From the NCBI GenBank assembly GCA_010093815.1, contig ML996578.1: 64,000 nt of DNA, one strand, 5' to 3'. The position numbers were made by a program, and so were the translations under genes. Position 1 is the first letter of the stretch, and every line of letters begins with the position of its first letter. A model generated the notes under the pieces. The model ran no database searches and was not told the DNA's origin. It saw only the letters and a list, made by a program, of their open reading frames with translations. This document shows, piece after piece, positions 46,993 to 58,525 of this stretch. This DNA comes from Pseudovirgaria hyperparasitica (taxonomy: Eukaryota).

Positions 46993-49900
46993 TTAGCGCC
47001 ATGCCCCTTTGACACTTGATAGACTCCCGCGGGGAGTAGAGGAAGCAGTAATGCTGCTGTGACGCATCGGACCAGTTCGCAGGGCGGAGCCCTCTCGGGA
47101 TTTATCTTCTCCCACGGTGGTTCGACGGATTGGACCCTTGACAATAGCACCAGGCCGTGGACTTAGTACGTTAGACACGGATTCTCGTTCACTTTTGACC
47201 ATTCGCCGGGCTTGGCCAGCGGTGAAAAGTGCATTTTCGTTTGGTGGACTTCCGGATGAGGCTCCCGGAGGGCTTCGTCGTCGCTGTTTCAAAGCTGGAC
47301 CAGTCATGGACTGTCGCTTGATTGCTGACCGGATCTTCTGTGTATTATTGGGGTCCGCCATCCAGCTCCGCTCTTCGTCTGAAGAGGAGCCAGAGCTCTC
47401 GTTCGGTGTAACGTCAGTTGATGCATTCTCCACGGCGTGTAGTGGAGAGCGGAAAGGGACCTTATTCAGTTGGATCTCACCGAGTGGCGAGTGCTCAGAA
47501 TCTGATGAGAATGCAGTAAGAGCAGGAGCAGTGACCGGGGGGGAGGTCTCAGACTTCTTCGACAGGAAACCTGTTTGAAAGCGACTGGAGCGTGGTTTCA
47601 ATTCAACAGACGTTTCTGGTGGTGCAGGTATCGGGGAAGAGTCGTTGTCACTGGTGGCCGATTCCATCTGCAAAACTGGAGGAGCCGGGATTGGTTTCTC
47701 GATGGAGGATGTTGCAGACGAAGACCCGTATGCTTTCGGAGTCAGCTGGAAGTCTGCCAAACTACCATCTTCCATGTCATCTCGCCATCTGACAGCCCTC
47801 TTGACCTTTGAGGGAGACTTCTTCTTCGGCGTAAATTGTACCCCTTTCTTACCTGAGTTTAACTTTCGCCGGCGAGGAGATCCTTTCATTGGAGAAGATA
47901 TCGGCTGCACAGTTTCTGTGAAAGATGGCTTTGCAATGAAATGAACAGGAGAAGGTCCAACCAAATTTACGGGCTTCTTTCTCTTCGGCGTCCCTTGTCG
48001 TCTTGGTGGGAATATGTCGGTGACAGGCAGACCGCCCTCCGGTTTGATGACCTGCGATGTGGCGCTTGAGCAAGACGAAATAAGCTTCTCAAGGTTTTCC
48101 TTCGCTGCCTGTATAGCATCCTCCGGATCCATCATCATGATTTGTGAGAGGATAGCAATAGTCTCGAACTGTGCCTGAAGCTGCACTTGAAGCACTGCAG
48201 CGTCACCACCCCTTTCTTGTTCAAGAACAGCTGTTGCAGCCTCGCGCTCGGCATTTGACTTTAGCAGCTCTACCTCGCGAGTCAAATTCGAGATATCACT
48301 TCCATCTTCAGTACCGTCCGCATCCTGTAGCTGCCGAACCCCTGTCTGCAGTGCGGTGTCTAATGCTCGCTCCCAGTTGTTTTTCGCCAGCAGTTGATGG
48401 TAATGTTGCCTGCTACCTTCAAGTTCCATCTGAATGCCGAGAGCTTTTTTCCTCATGGCCGTGAGACCAGCTGGGGGTTCCTCATCCTCTCGATTGTCGC
48501 ATACCGTATCGAAAGCAGCAATCCATGAGGAAATCAAAGAGATACGGCGCTCCAATTGACGGAGCTTCTTTCGCATTGACACGTGTTCTTGCCGTTCGGC
48601 AGATGCGAAATCGTATGCGGCGCGCACGCGTGAGATGGCTTCTTTAGCAATGATCTCTCGCTTCTCGCTAAGTTTCTTGAATTTGACAAATGCGCTGCTC
48701 TCAAAATCCTTTTCTTTAGCTCTCAGTTCCTCGATCAAAAGTCGTTGCTCGTCGATCTTTTTAAGATAGTCCTTGACGTGACGATTGACATTGAATACGT
48801 TCTTTGTTACCTTCGTTTGAATGTTCTTGGCTCTGTTTGCGTATCGGAGGGTGTTTTGTGTCTCGTCAAAGTGAGCGCTCGATGGGCTCACGCAGACAAT
48901 CATGACTGTCTTGCAGTTTCCGCCTAAGGAGAACTTCAGCAGCCGTGTGAGCTTTGAATTTCTATATGGTACGTGATTGCGTTTCCTTGGGTCGCATAGA
49001 GCATTGATGCAGCCTCCCAGTGCTAGCAATGATTTGTTGATATTGGCACCTTCTATGAGCCGTTCGCCGCGGTTTTTCGTTGCGCTCGCCCTCTCACTCC
49101 CAGCAAGATCAATGATGCTTAAGGTCGCCATAGTATGAGGTTCGTTGACATCAGCGTTCCGGTCTTTGCTTGATAGATTAATTTGTAGAACGGCGTGGGA
49201 ACGAGAAGACGTCGCATTCGCTTCGGTTGGTGACATTGTTCGATACTCATTTCCACGCACAATCATTTCCATGACTTCTTCGACCTGAAGCATTGTTAGT
49301 ACATGCAATCATGCATCGATCCTTTCTGTGCATACGTTTTGAGGTCTATGACTAGACAATCCCGCGACTGAGACAGCCTGGTGCGCGTCTTCTCGCAACA
49401 TAAGTCCTTGCTTACTGCCCCCGGGTACTAGTAAATCGCGAATAGTTTCATTGTAGATCTCGAGGTAGGAGAGAGAAACTTCGACAAATTTCTCTTCTTG
49501 CAATTCCTGAACCTTCTCGAAAAGCTCTTGCATGGTGAGAAAAATGATTCCTGGATCTGTCTTGATGCCACTAGTTTCATTAGCACTCTTCTTCAGTGTG
49601 GCATGAGATCGATCTCGTACGTGATTGTGTGTGTCTTTCCGCATCCAGTCGCGCCATATGCAAATACAGTGGCATTGTATCCATCGAGTACGCTATCCAG
49701 TAGGTTCTTCGTTGTAGCTTCGTATACATCTTGTTGCGTTGTATTCTCGTCGAAAACACGGTCGAATGCGAATGTTTGATCTTTCACACGCTTTCCCTGA
49801 GGTACGAATGAACGGGTGAAGCGATGTACAGGGTTATCCTCTGGAGGGTCGAAGACGCTGTAACATATGATTAGATTGGCGACATAATATTGTCCATCGA

Positions 49901-50106
49901 TAGACGTACAGGCATTTCTCATCCACCACTTTAATCACTGGTCGCAGTCCTTTGCCTGCTGTTCGCGAGGGGACACCCGCCAACGAGCCATCTCCAAGGA
50001 ATAGGTGGCCATCTTCAGCCTTCGCCAGTTGCGCCGCTTCTCTGATCGTGAAAGGTCGCACTCGAACAGTGACGTTGATCGAGGACGCGCCGTCGGAGGC
50101 GGCCAT
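46993..50106 (-). CDS. kipB: Kinesin-8 family motor (KipB/Kip3/Klp5-6-like), three introns
   Basis: VTVRVRP, FAYGATGCGKTHT, SSRSHAVLQ, IIDLAGSERASATKNRG, HVPYRNSKLTRLLKFSLGGNCKT. Confidence 0.92.
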
Positions 50107-50881
50107 CGTTACGGTAAAGAGAACGTAGTATAAACAAACGAATGCAAAGGGCAAATATGCGAAGATATCCCTACCTGTGCATATGTGTAGATTAAGAGTG
50201 AGCAGGTCGAACGTCTAACGTGATTTCATCTATGGTTCTGCACTAACGCTAATGTTATGGTTGCTGTTGCTTGCAGGTTGGTTGTCCCTGACAACCGGTA
50301 AAGTCTCGGGGCTACCATTTCAGGGTCTACATGCATTGATGTTAAACGCTGAAGTCAAGGCAAAAGTTTAATGAGTATGAAGTATTTCTATTTTATCTCC
50401 CACTGTTTGGCTAGTTCAAGTTTCTAGTATGATTGAGTCATGATCTACTCAAAAGAAAAGAAAGGTCAGCTAGAAAGCATGGGAGAACAGACGAACATGA
50501 ATTGTTCAAGACCGCTTTCCTACAATTTAATGAATAATGAGTTAAAATATCTAGATTACGACAAGTAGGCGATATTGAGATGACTATGGTTTAGTATAAA
50601 TTAATAGACCTGAGGGCTCACTATGGTCTCCACTCTCATCTGGATTCTGAAAGCGCCTCCGGTCAGGAATCTGTAACTGAACTGTCAGCATGCTGAACTA
50701 CCCGTATTCACTTCAAGGAGATTTTGAAGCATTCCTAAATGCTTCACATGAAACAAGCATAAGCGTGACTTCGACTCTCGCCTTTTGACAACTCAAGTAC
50801 TTAAGACGGTTTCCCGTTATACCTCCCTCATAGATCTATCGAACATACCTCCTTCACGACCACATCTCAAATACTGGTGAG

Positions 50882-51784
50882 ATGTCATCGCCTCGAACTC
50901 CATCAAAGGGAACAGTTCGGGATCTCAATCTCAGTTCTATGTCCAATCGAGGCACCTCATCCCCAAGCTCGCCATTGGCACCTAACAATCGCACAAACCG
51001 TGTTTCAAAGCACAATGGCAAACACAAGTCGATCCCTAATCAGGCACATCAAGATTCAGGATCTTCAACACGTACGGAGTGAGTCATCTACTGCTTGAGC
51101 CCTTCGTGCCACGTCTAACACATGCAGTAACATACTGACTCCAATTGTCAATCTCATCATCACGGGAACCTCTGGAGAAACGAGAGTGTTTCAGGCTCAC
51201 GCTGGTCAACTCTGTGAAAAGTCTCCCACTCTCCATAACCTACTCGCCGCAGCTGCGGACTCGGGCGTCAGCGACCTCAAATACTACGCCAACCCAGTCT
51301 TATTCGCGATTTGGATCGCATGGTCATACCATGGGACCTTGAAGTATACCCCGTCATCTCCATCGGCTGATAGCGCCTTCGGCCTCCTATTAGACCTGTA
51401 CCTACTCGGATGGAAGCTCAAAGTCAAGGATTTCATGGATAAAGTCGTTGAGGAAATCTGCGCCTACAGCGCCCGCTCTAATACGTGCCCAATGCGAACA
51501 TTGTCAATCGAATCTACAAGGAGACTCCGACTAGTCTGCCTCTCAGGAAGCTTGTGGTCGAGCAGTGGGTTGTGGGTCTGGCACACACAGATATGGATTG
51601 GGAGAGCGACAGCAGCCTGCCACCGAGGTTTCTCTATGACTGTATGACGCGGCTCATAGCCCTACGCAAAAGTGGCATTCAGAGTCCAGACGGTTACCCA
51701 TATGAGTACCATGTCCCTCAGAGTGAATTACTACCTGGCAGCATCAATGCTGGTCCACGTATGGTAATCGACTTAACCGAGTAG
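50882..51784 (+). pseudogene. BTB/POZ-domain protein gene with an apparent 1-nt frameshift near 51488 (pseudogene or sequence error); intron 51079-51127
   Basis: VFQAHAGQLCEKSP...LFAIWIAWSYHG...LLDLYLLGWKL...DFMDKVV in one frame; the expected continuation PNANIVNRIYKETPTSLPLRKLVVE is in another. Confidence 0.65.
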
Positions 51785-51953
51785 GGTGTAGAAATTTCTT
51801 TGGCAGGTCGTTTCGAAGATGTGGAAATCATTACTTAAGCGTCCAGCGAAAGCACGAAGAGCACAATTTACTTACCAATCATACAACCAGGCTATAGGGA
51901 TGCAACGGCGTTATAGCGACTAGATATTAGGTTGATCATTCATTCCAATTAGT

Positions 51954-53849
51954 TCAATCAATTTCCAATAACTGATACTTCTCCCCTCGAGCATCCAATG
52001 CAAGCTCAATCCTCTCCATGACTGATAGTACCTTCTCCTCTTCTAGTCTCTGACCTACAACCTGTATAGCCACTGGGAGACCCTCCATCTTCGTAGCATC
52101 ATAGTGCTTGTATGCCCCGCGCGCTACACCATTCAACTTCTTCGAATTAAAGCTAGCTGGGAGCTGATCTAGCTTCGCGTCAACATGTGTGACAGGTATG
52201 ATCCCACAAGTGTAATCGAGCTATGCCTTGTTAGTCCGATCATGACGAGGGGCGGCCCAGTTCCACTCACGAGATTGAAGAGGAAGGTATATCCACAGCT
52301 ACTGACTGCATCATGCATACCATCATGCGGCACAGCGGGAGTGGCATTTGGTGGAGTGAGAAGGATGTCCATCTTAGCCTCGTTCTGCCACCAGTCATGC
52401 CATTTGGCCTTATATGCTTCTCGCTTTGCCACTAGCTTCCATTGCTCGAAGGCGCTCCGCTCATACCAACCCTCAACCAAGCCGGCCCAAATAGGATCTC
52501 TCTGAACATACCGTACCCAGAGGGTGTAAAGCCAGCGGACTGGGGTGAACATCCGCATCAAAGAGTACATCTGTTTGGCCCCTGAGTCCATCCACTCACC
52601 AGTGCGGAAGTAGGAGGCGAAGGTCCGGCAGCCATCTGCGTTGAGCACCTGGGATGCGATGAGAAGAGCCTCGTAAGGTGATGGTGGTGAAACGTCAAAC
52701 ACTTCATGACCTTCGGATTTTAGCGCCGTTACGGCCTGCTCAAGAGCACGAGCGCATGCCGGAGATGGAGTAACAACGCCATCATCTCTCATGACGCCAA
52801 TTCTCAGCTTCGACTTCAGCTTCCAGTCAGTCTCCATCTGGTCCCTCCATTCCATGGGGTGTACAGAATGGTCATACAACCAGGGTTTCATAGAAATGAA
52901 GCTCTTTGTAAAATAGAACAGGTCATTGAGTGTTCGTGCCATCGGGCTGAATACGCTGGGAATTCCCTCTTGGCCTGGCATACTCGTATTGACACCTTGC
53001 TTCGGCCAACGTCCAGTGGAGCATCGTAGCGAGTAACAGCCGGAGAAGTGTGCAGGAGCTCGAACAGAGCCAGCCACATCGGATCCAATACCGATTCGGC
53101 TGCCGCCAAATGCTAGGAGAGCAGATTCCCCGCCAGTAGAACCGCCTGGTGAGTAGTTTTTATTGTGCGGGTTTGTGGTCCTTCCCCAAACCTATATAGA
53201 GGTATTAGCAATCAATCACTGCCTATGACTACGGTGGCTGACATCATTTGTAGATTCGAAGGACAACAGAGTTACTGGGAGGTTAGTTTTCACAAACGGG
53301 ATGGCACCTGCGATTCATCAGGCATGAACCATAGTCCAAGCAATGCGAGCATACCTGCATCTTTCAGGATCTGTACTAATATACCATCTTTCTCATACGG
53401 TTTTCCGGTGTTGCAAGAGTATCCTACGGACACGTCAAAGCCTCCTACAGCAATGGAATCCTTGAGTGACACTGGTATTCCAGCCAATGGCCCTTTCAGG
53501 TTGATGTCATTGTTCTTCAACCACTCTTCTGCCTCAAGGAAACATATTTCCGTCAAACAGTTTGTTCTCTCTTGTGCCTTGATTGCGACCTTCCCGTATG
53601 TCCTCAACACATCAATAGGACTTGTGATATTCTTATGCACATCTTGGACCAGATCCTGTATGGGCTTCCCAAGGATACTACGCTCCGAAGGGTTCAGAGA
53701 CCCAGTGTATGTGGACGGCAGGCTTGTGATCTTCGATGATCGCTCGATCTGCTTGCGCTTGCTTCTGGATGTAAGTTTGGAGCTGGTATCGTCTGGCTGG
53801 GGTTAGGTACACACCAATCGCGCCTGTGCTGGAAGAAATCGCTAATCAT
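51954..53849 (-). CDS. Amidase signature family enzyme (acetamidase-like), multi-exon
   Basis: GPLAGIPVSLKD, PFVKTN, YSPGGSTGGESALLA, GIGSDVAGSVRAPA, GLPVAIQVVG. Confidence 0.92.
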
Positions 53850-54280
53850 GATCGTAGAGAATGGCGATGACAGCAACTGAGTTTAAAACTGTCTGTTGCA
53901 TCTATGAATACGAGTGAGATACACGGGGTAACTTGACTACTCAAGCAGTCGGAGTTCATGCCGATAGAAGCCGAGACTTGGAACGGTTGACAGTGCCAAT
54001 GCTCCACCTATTACAGGGATCGCCCCACATGCGCGATAGGTAGCCGCGCAGACTGCGCCTACCTATTTTAGGGTATTTACCCCAGCTTGTCAACAGTGTG
54101 GTAGGTTCTACTACTTACGTGAGTGCGACCATACTAGAAGTTCAGAGGAACACACGCCGTAAATAATAAGAAGAAAGGAGCAGAACATAATTCTTACAAT
54201 ACCTTGGAGGTCCGAGATTATCAAAACAATATTACTCCTCGACCATACATTTATAGTCATTGGACAGTACCAGTATCCCT

Positions 54281-57200
54281 TTACAGAGCCTCGATACCGC
54301 GTCTGAGGACATCAAGCCCACGCTCAGCAACGCCATCTTCGCTTTCCGTCACGCCCTCTCTAAGGATCCATGATACATCACTGAGCATTCCCATGGGCAG
54401 CCAGCTTCCACCCATTCCTTTCGCGTTATCGAGCGCCTCCTTCAGTCGACTAGTGTGCTCCCACTCCTTGGCGGCCACCTCTGCCTTTTCAATCACACTG
54501 TTTGGGATGCCACACATAGCCGCACAGTGCATTCCGAAGCTACCCTCGGCGACACCTGACTCAAGCTTGTACAAAAATGTGACACGGCGGTCTTTCTCGT
54601 CTACACGGATACGCATACGCTGCGGTTTGATTTCAGGATGCGCACTGAACTCAGAGGCCAAAGAGTGGTAATGTGTTGCGAAGAACCCAATGCAGCCAAT
54701 ATGGGAGGCAATGTGATGAAGCACAGCCTGAGCAACAGCAACACCATCATAGGATGATGTCCCACGGCCAAGCTCGTCCAATATGACCAGTGATCGAGGT
54801 GTGGCTTCAGACAGGATCTTTTGAGTCTCGCTCAACTCAACGAAAAATGTAGATTGGGCGGCAAAGATATTGTCATTGGCTCCCAGCCTAGACATTATAC
54901 GGTCGATAGGCGTCAGACGAGCATATGAACAAGGGAGATAACAGCCGATCTGAGCCAAGATGACGGCGACACAGGTTTGCCGTAATATGGTTGATTTACC
55001 GGCCGCGTTGGCGCCTGTAAGGAGGGAAATATTTGCCTGACTACCGCCAAGATTGATCGTATTGGGAATGAAATCCGACACAGTATTCAACATGCAGGGA
55101 TGTCGTAAGTCCTCGAGTTCCAAGACTGCCTTTTGGTCCTCCACGAATGTTGGGCGGCAGCTCGGTTCACCGAGTGTTGCAGATGCTTTGGCAAGTGAGA
55201 TGAGGCAGTCTAATTGTGCAACGATCTTGACAGCTGCGAGCCAAGTCGCATAGTCCTGGTCGAAACGAGTGTAGAAGCGCGAGGAAACTTCCTTTACTAC
55301 CTGGGCGTGTGTCTCCTGTGCCTCTTGTAGCTTTCGTACTAGTTTCCGAAGGTCTGGGCTATAGTATCTGTTGACTGCAGCAGTGCCGGACATCTTAGCC
55401 CAGGTCTTAGGGACATTTTTGACCTTTGCTGGAACTTCCAGTTGGTATATCTCTTTACCAATGTCCTTGAAGCGTATTGAGCTAGAGCCCAGGTCTTTGC
55501 GTGCCTGGTTAAGTAGCTTATCGAGATCCTTAATGCAACGGTCGATCGCTGCCTGGCTGTCGTCAAAGTCTTCCTCCACACCAGGTTCTGGCACGAGAAT
55601 GCCCTCATCACGTGCGGTCTTGCGATCGAATGCTTCAGCCCAAGGTTCAAGCTTGCCAGAGAGATCTGGCATCGCCGAGATGAGTTGGCCAATGACACCC
55701 TCACCTTGACCAAAAGAGTTAAGCAGTCCCATGGTGTATTCGATCTGCTCAAAGCCTTCAAGTACACGAATGAAATCGCTTGGTTTGCAGCGACCCGCGT
55801 GGACGCGTGAGATCAATCGTTCGAGGTCCGGGATTTTGCTCAATGAAGCAGAGAAGCGATCTTGAATGACACCATCGGCATTCAAAGCATCGATAGCATC
55901 GAGGCGAGCATTGATCTTCATCGAGTCTGCAAGAGGGTGGCAGACCCATTGGCGAAGCATTCGCTTTCCGAAAGGTGTCACGCAGCGGTTGAGCATCGCA
56001 AACAAAGTGCCGTCGGTACCACCGTCCGCACTGTTCGCGAATATCTGATTGCAATTAGCTGTACGTAGGGGATATGATACAGCATATTCCATACCTCAAG
56101 ATTGATCAAGCTCTGACCGTCGAGCACCAAGCTTGATGCTTTCCTTATAGGATCGTACCATTGGAAGTTCCCCAGCGACACAAGGTCACTATCAATTTTC
56201 AAGACTCGAAGATACTGCACCAATGCCCCAAGCGCAGAGAGAGACAGCGGCTTATCCTTGGCTTCTTTCAGTGCTACAGGCCAACCTCCAGTGCCATCCT
56301 CGGATTTCATAAAGTAGCCGCTTGCCTCCATCTCGCGAGCTGTCGTATCGGCTTCCCAGAACTCTTTGCCTGGCTTCAAATAGTTCCAGAGAGTCGTCGG
56401 ACCCGTGTTGTTCTTCATGATTCGCAAAGCTCGTGCAGATATGCATGATTTTTCCAGGAGAAGCTCTGCCGGTCGTGTCTGAGCAACAAATGTCTCAAAC
56501 TTGGTCATGTCGGCATCATCCACAAACTCACAAAGATGAAATTGTGCCGTGGCTGCGTCAACGAAGGCAATTCCGAATACTGGCAGGCCATCCCTTTCAA
56601 CCTCTTTGATAGCGGCACAATAGGTCGACATGTCGTCCTGTAGCATGCCTGCATCAACGAGAGTCCCTGAGGTCAAAACAGCCGAAAGCTCTCGCTTGAT
56701 GATTTTGTCTTCTTTACCAGCCTTCTTGACTGGTTTGTCATCATCGCGTTCACGCATCTCCTTTGCAAGAGCAGATTCCATTTGATCAACTCTAGCGATT
56801 TTGAATCCTTTGGCGACGAATTGATTTGCCCAATGATCCAGAGAGGACTCGGGTACCCCGACCATGCTCATGTTCACTCGGTCGGTGAGCTTCAGGTCGA
56901 ATATTTGATGTCCGATTACGGCGTCCTTCTCATATAACTCGTAGAATTTGCCTTTCTTAAAGAAAACAATTGTGTCCCAGAACTTTTGCTTGATCTCCCA
57001 GTATTGCTTCTCGAATGGAGAAAACTTGCTGAAGGCTAGAGGAGGAATGTACAAGGTTCGTGGGTCGTAGTCTGGATGGTCTTGAGGATGCTTGTCGATA
57101 TCCTTGATATCAACTAGCCAAGGATGCCTTGCCTCAGGAGCCGACTTGTGTGCTTTCTCTTTCTTCTCTATACCTGTCGATGCCTTCTTTGGCCTTGGAG

Positions 57201-58157
57201 CGTCGCGAGGTGCGTAAGGTTCCACGGTCTCGGGATCATAGGCCCATTGTTGAGCAGTCGAAACAGTAGGCATCTCGAGATCAGGGTCCGAGTCTATGCT
57301 ATGCTTGCGTTCAGGAGGACTCGACGGTAGACTAGGCTTTGACGCTTTCTGAGGAGTCGAGCGTTTGCGCTTCTTGGGAACAACATCGTCATCCGACTCA
57401 TCGGGAACGACAAAGTCGTCTACATCTGGCACACTGGTCAGCTATTCTGACCTAATGCCGTGAAATGGCTTTTAAAGACTTACCATATTCGTCTTCAACT
57501 TCCTCAGCTGCACAAGGTGCAGTAAATTCATCATCGCTATCCTCAAGGCTTAGCTTTCGTCTCTTTGTCAATTCACCGCGGCGATTTTGAGAGATCGGCT
57601 TCAACACATCGTCATCCTCATCATCATCGTCGTCGTCGTCTGATTCGGCATAGCTGACATTCTTCTTGGACTGCATACGTAATTAGCATGCTTTCGCGCG
57701 CAGCATCTGATGGTAGAAATCTTGCCTTTCTTGAAGGACTGGAGTATGTTTTGACCCCTGCAACCTCTTGACTCCGGTCAGCACGAGCACTCTGAAGAGG
57801 GCTACTACTTGGTGATGGCAGACCATTTTCCTTATTCTTTTCCAAACCCGTAATCCTTGGTCCGGATTTGGTGGATGGCAAAGGACTGGATGGGGCAGCA
57901 ATCGGGTCGCTACTAGGTGCTGGCGTTAACGCCGACGTCTTCTGAAAGTCTGGCCTAGCTTTTGGTGTATGTGAGGAGGTTGAAGCCTGTTTTGAGGTTT
58001 TCGAAGGTGTTGGTGCGGGCTTGCCAGCGGACGCATCAGGCTTCTTCCCAAAGAAGCTGAAGATGGAACTTTGGCCTTTTCCTGTCGATTGAGAGCTCTT
58101 CTTCGGAGCTGATGAACGAGGGGTGGCGACCTCGTTGCCTTCGATTCCTCTCGCCAT
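54281..58157 (-). CDS. MSH6: DNA mismatch repair protein MSH6, three introns
   Basis: PIP box QSSIFSFF; YDPRTLYIP, FFKKGKFYELYE, TGANAAGKST, DELGRGTS, FATHYH. Confidence 0.97.
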
Positions 58158-58246
58158 GATAGAGCCGCACGATCAGAGGAGGGTTAGATATAAAGTGACA
58201 ATGATGGTACACAAAATTGGATGAAACTGGCGAGTCGTAAGATAAG

Positions 58247-58356
58247 ACGCGGGTGGAGTAACGCGACTACCATGGACGCGTTGGGCGTCAGTGCGTGATT
58301 GGCGTTATCGTCATACCGATCAATAGCATATCTCATCCCTAATTATATGGCGCGTT
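58247..58356. promoter_or_regulatory. Cluster of MCB-like (ACGCG) cell-cycle boxes in the MSH6 divergent promoter
   Basis: ACGCG at 58247 and 58261, ACGCGT at 58276, CGCGT at 58351. Confidence 0.6.
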
Positions 58357-58525
58357 TCTCTACCCTCGACAGCTGATCATTGGTCAATTTTCACGTTCAC
58401 TTCGCGATGGGACAACGACACGGTGATCTATAGTCTATGCGACAGAGCTCTCCGGCATGAGCCCAGGATTATGACAATTCAGTGGTATTGTCAAGTCTTG
58501 ATCGAGTCTGGACGCTACTGGACAC

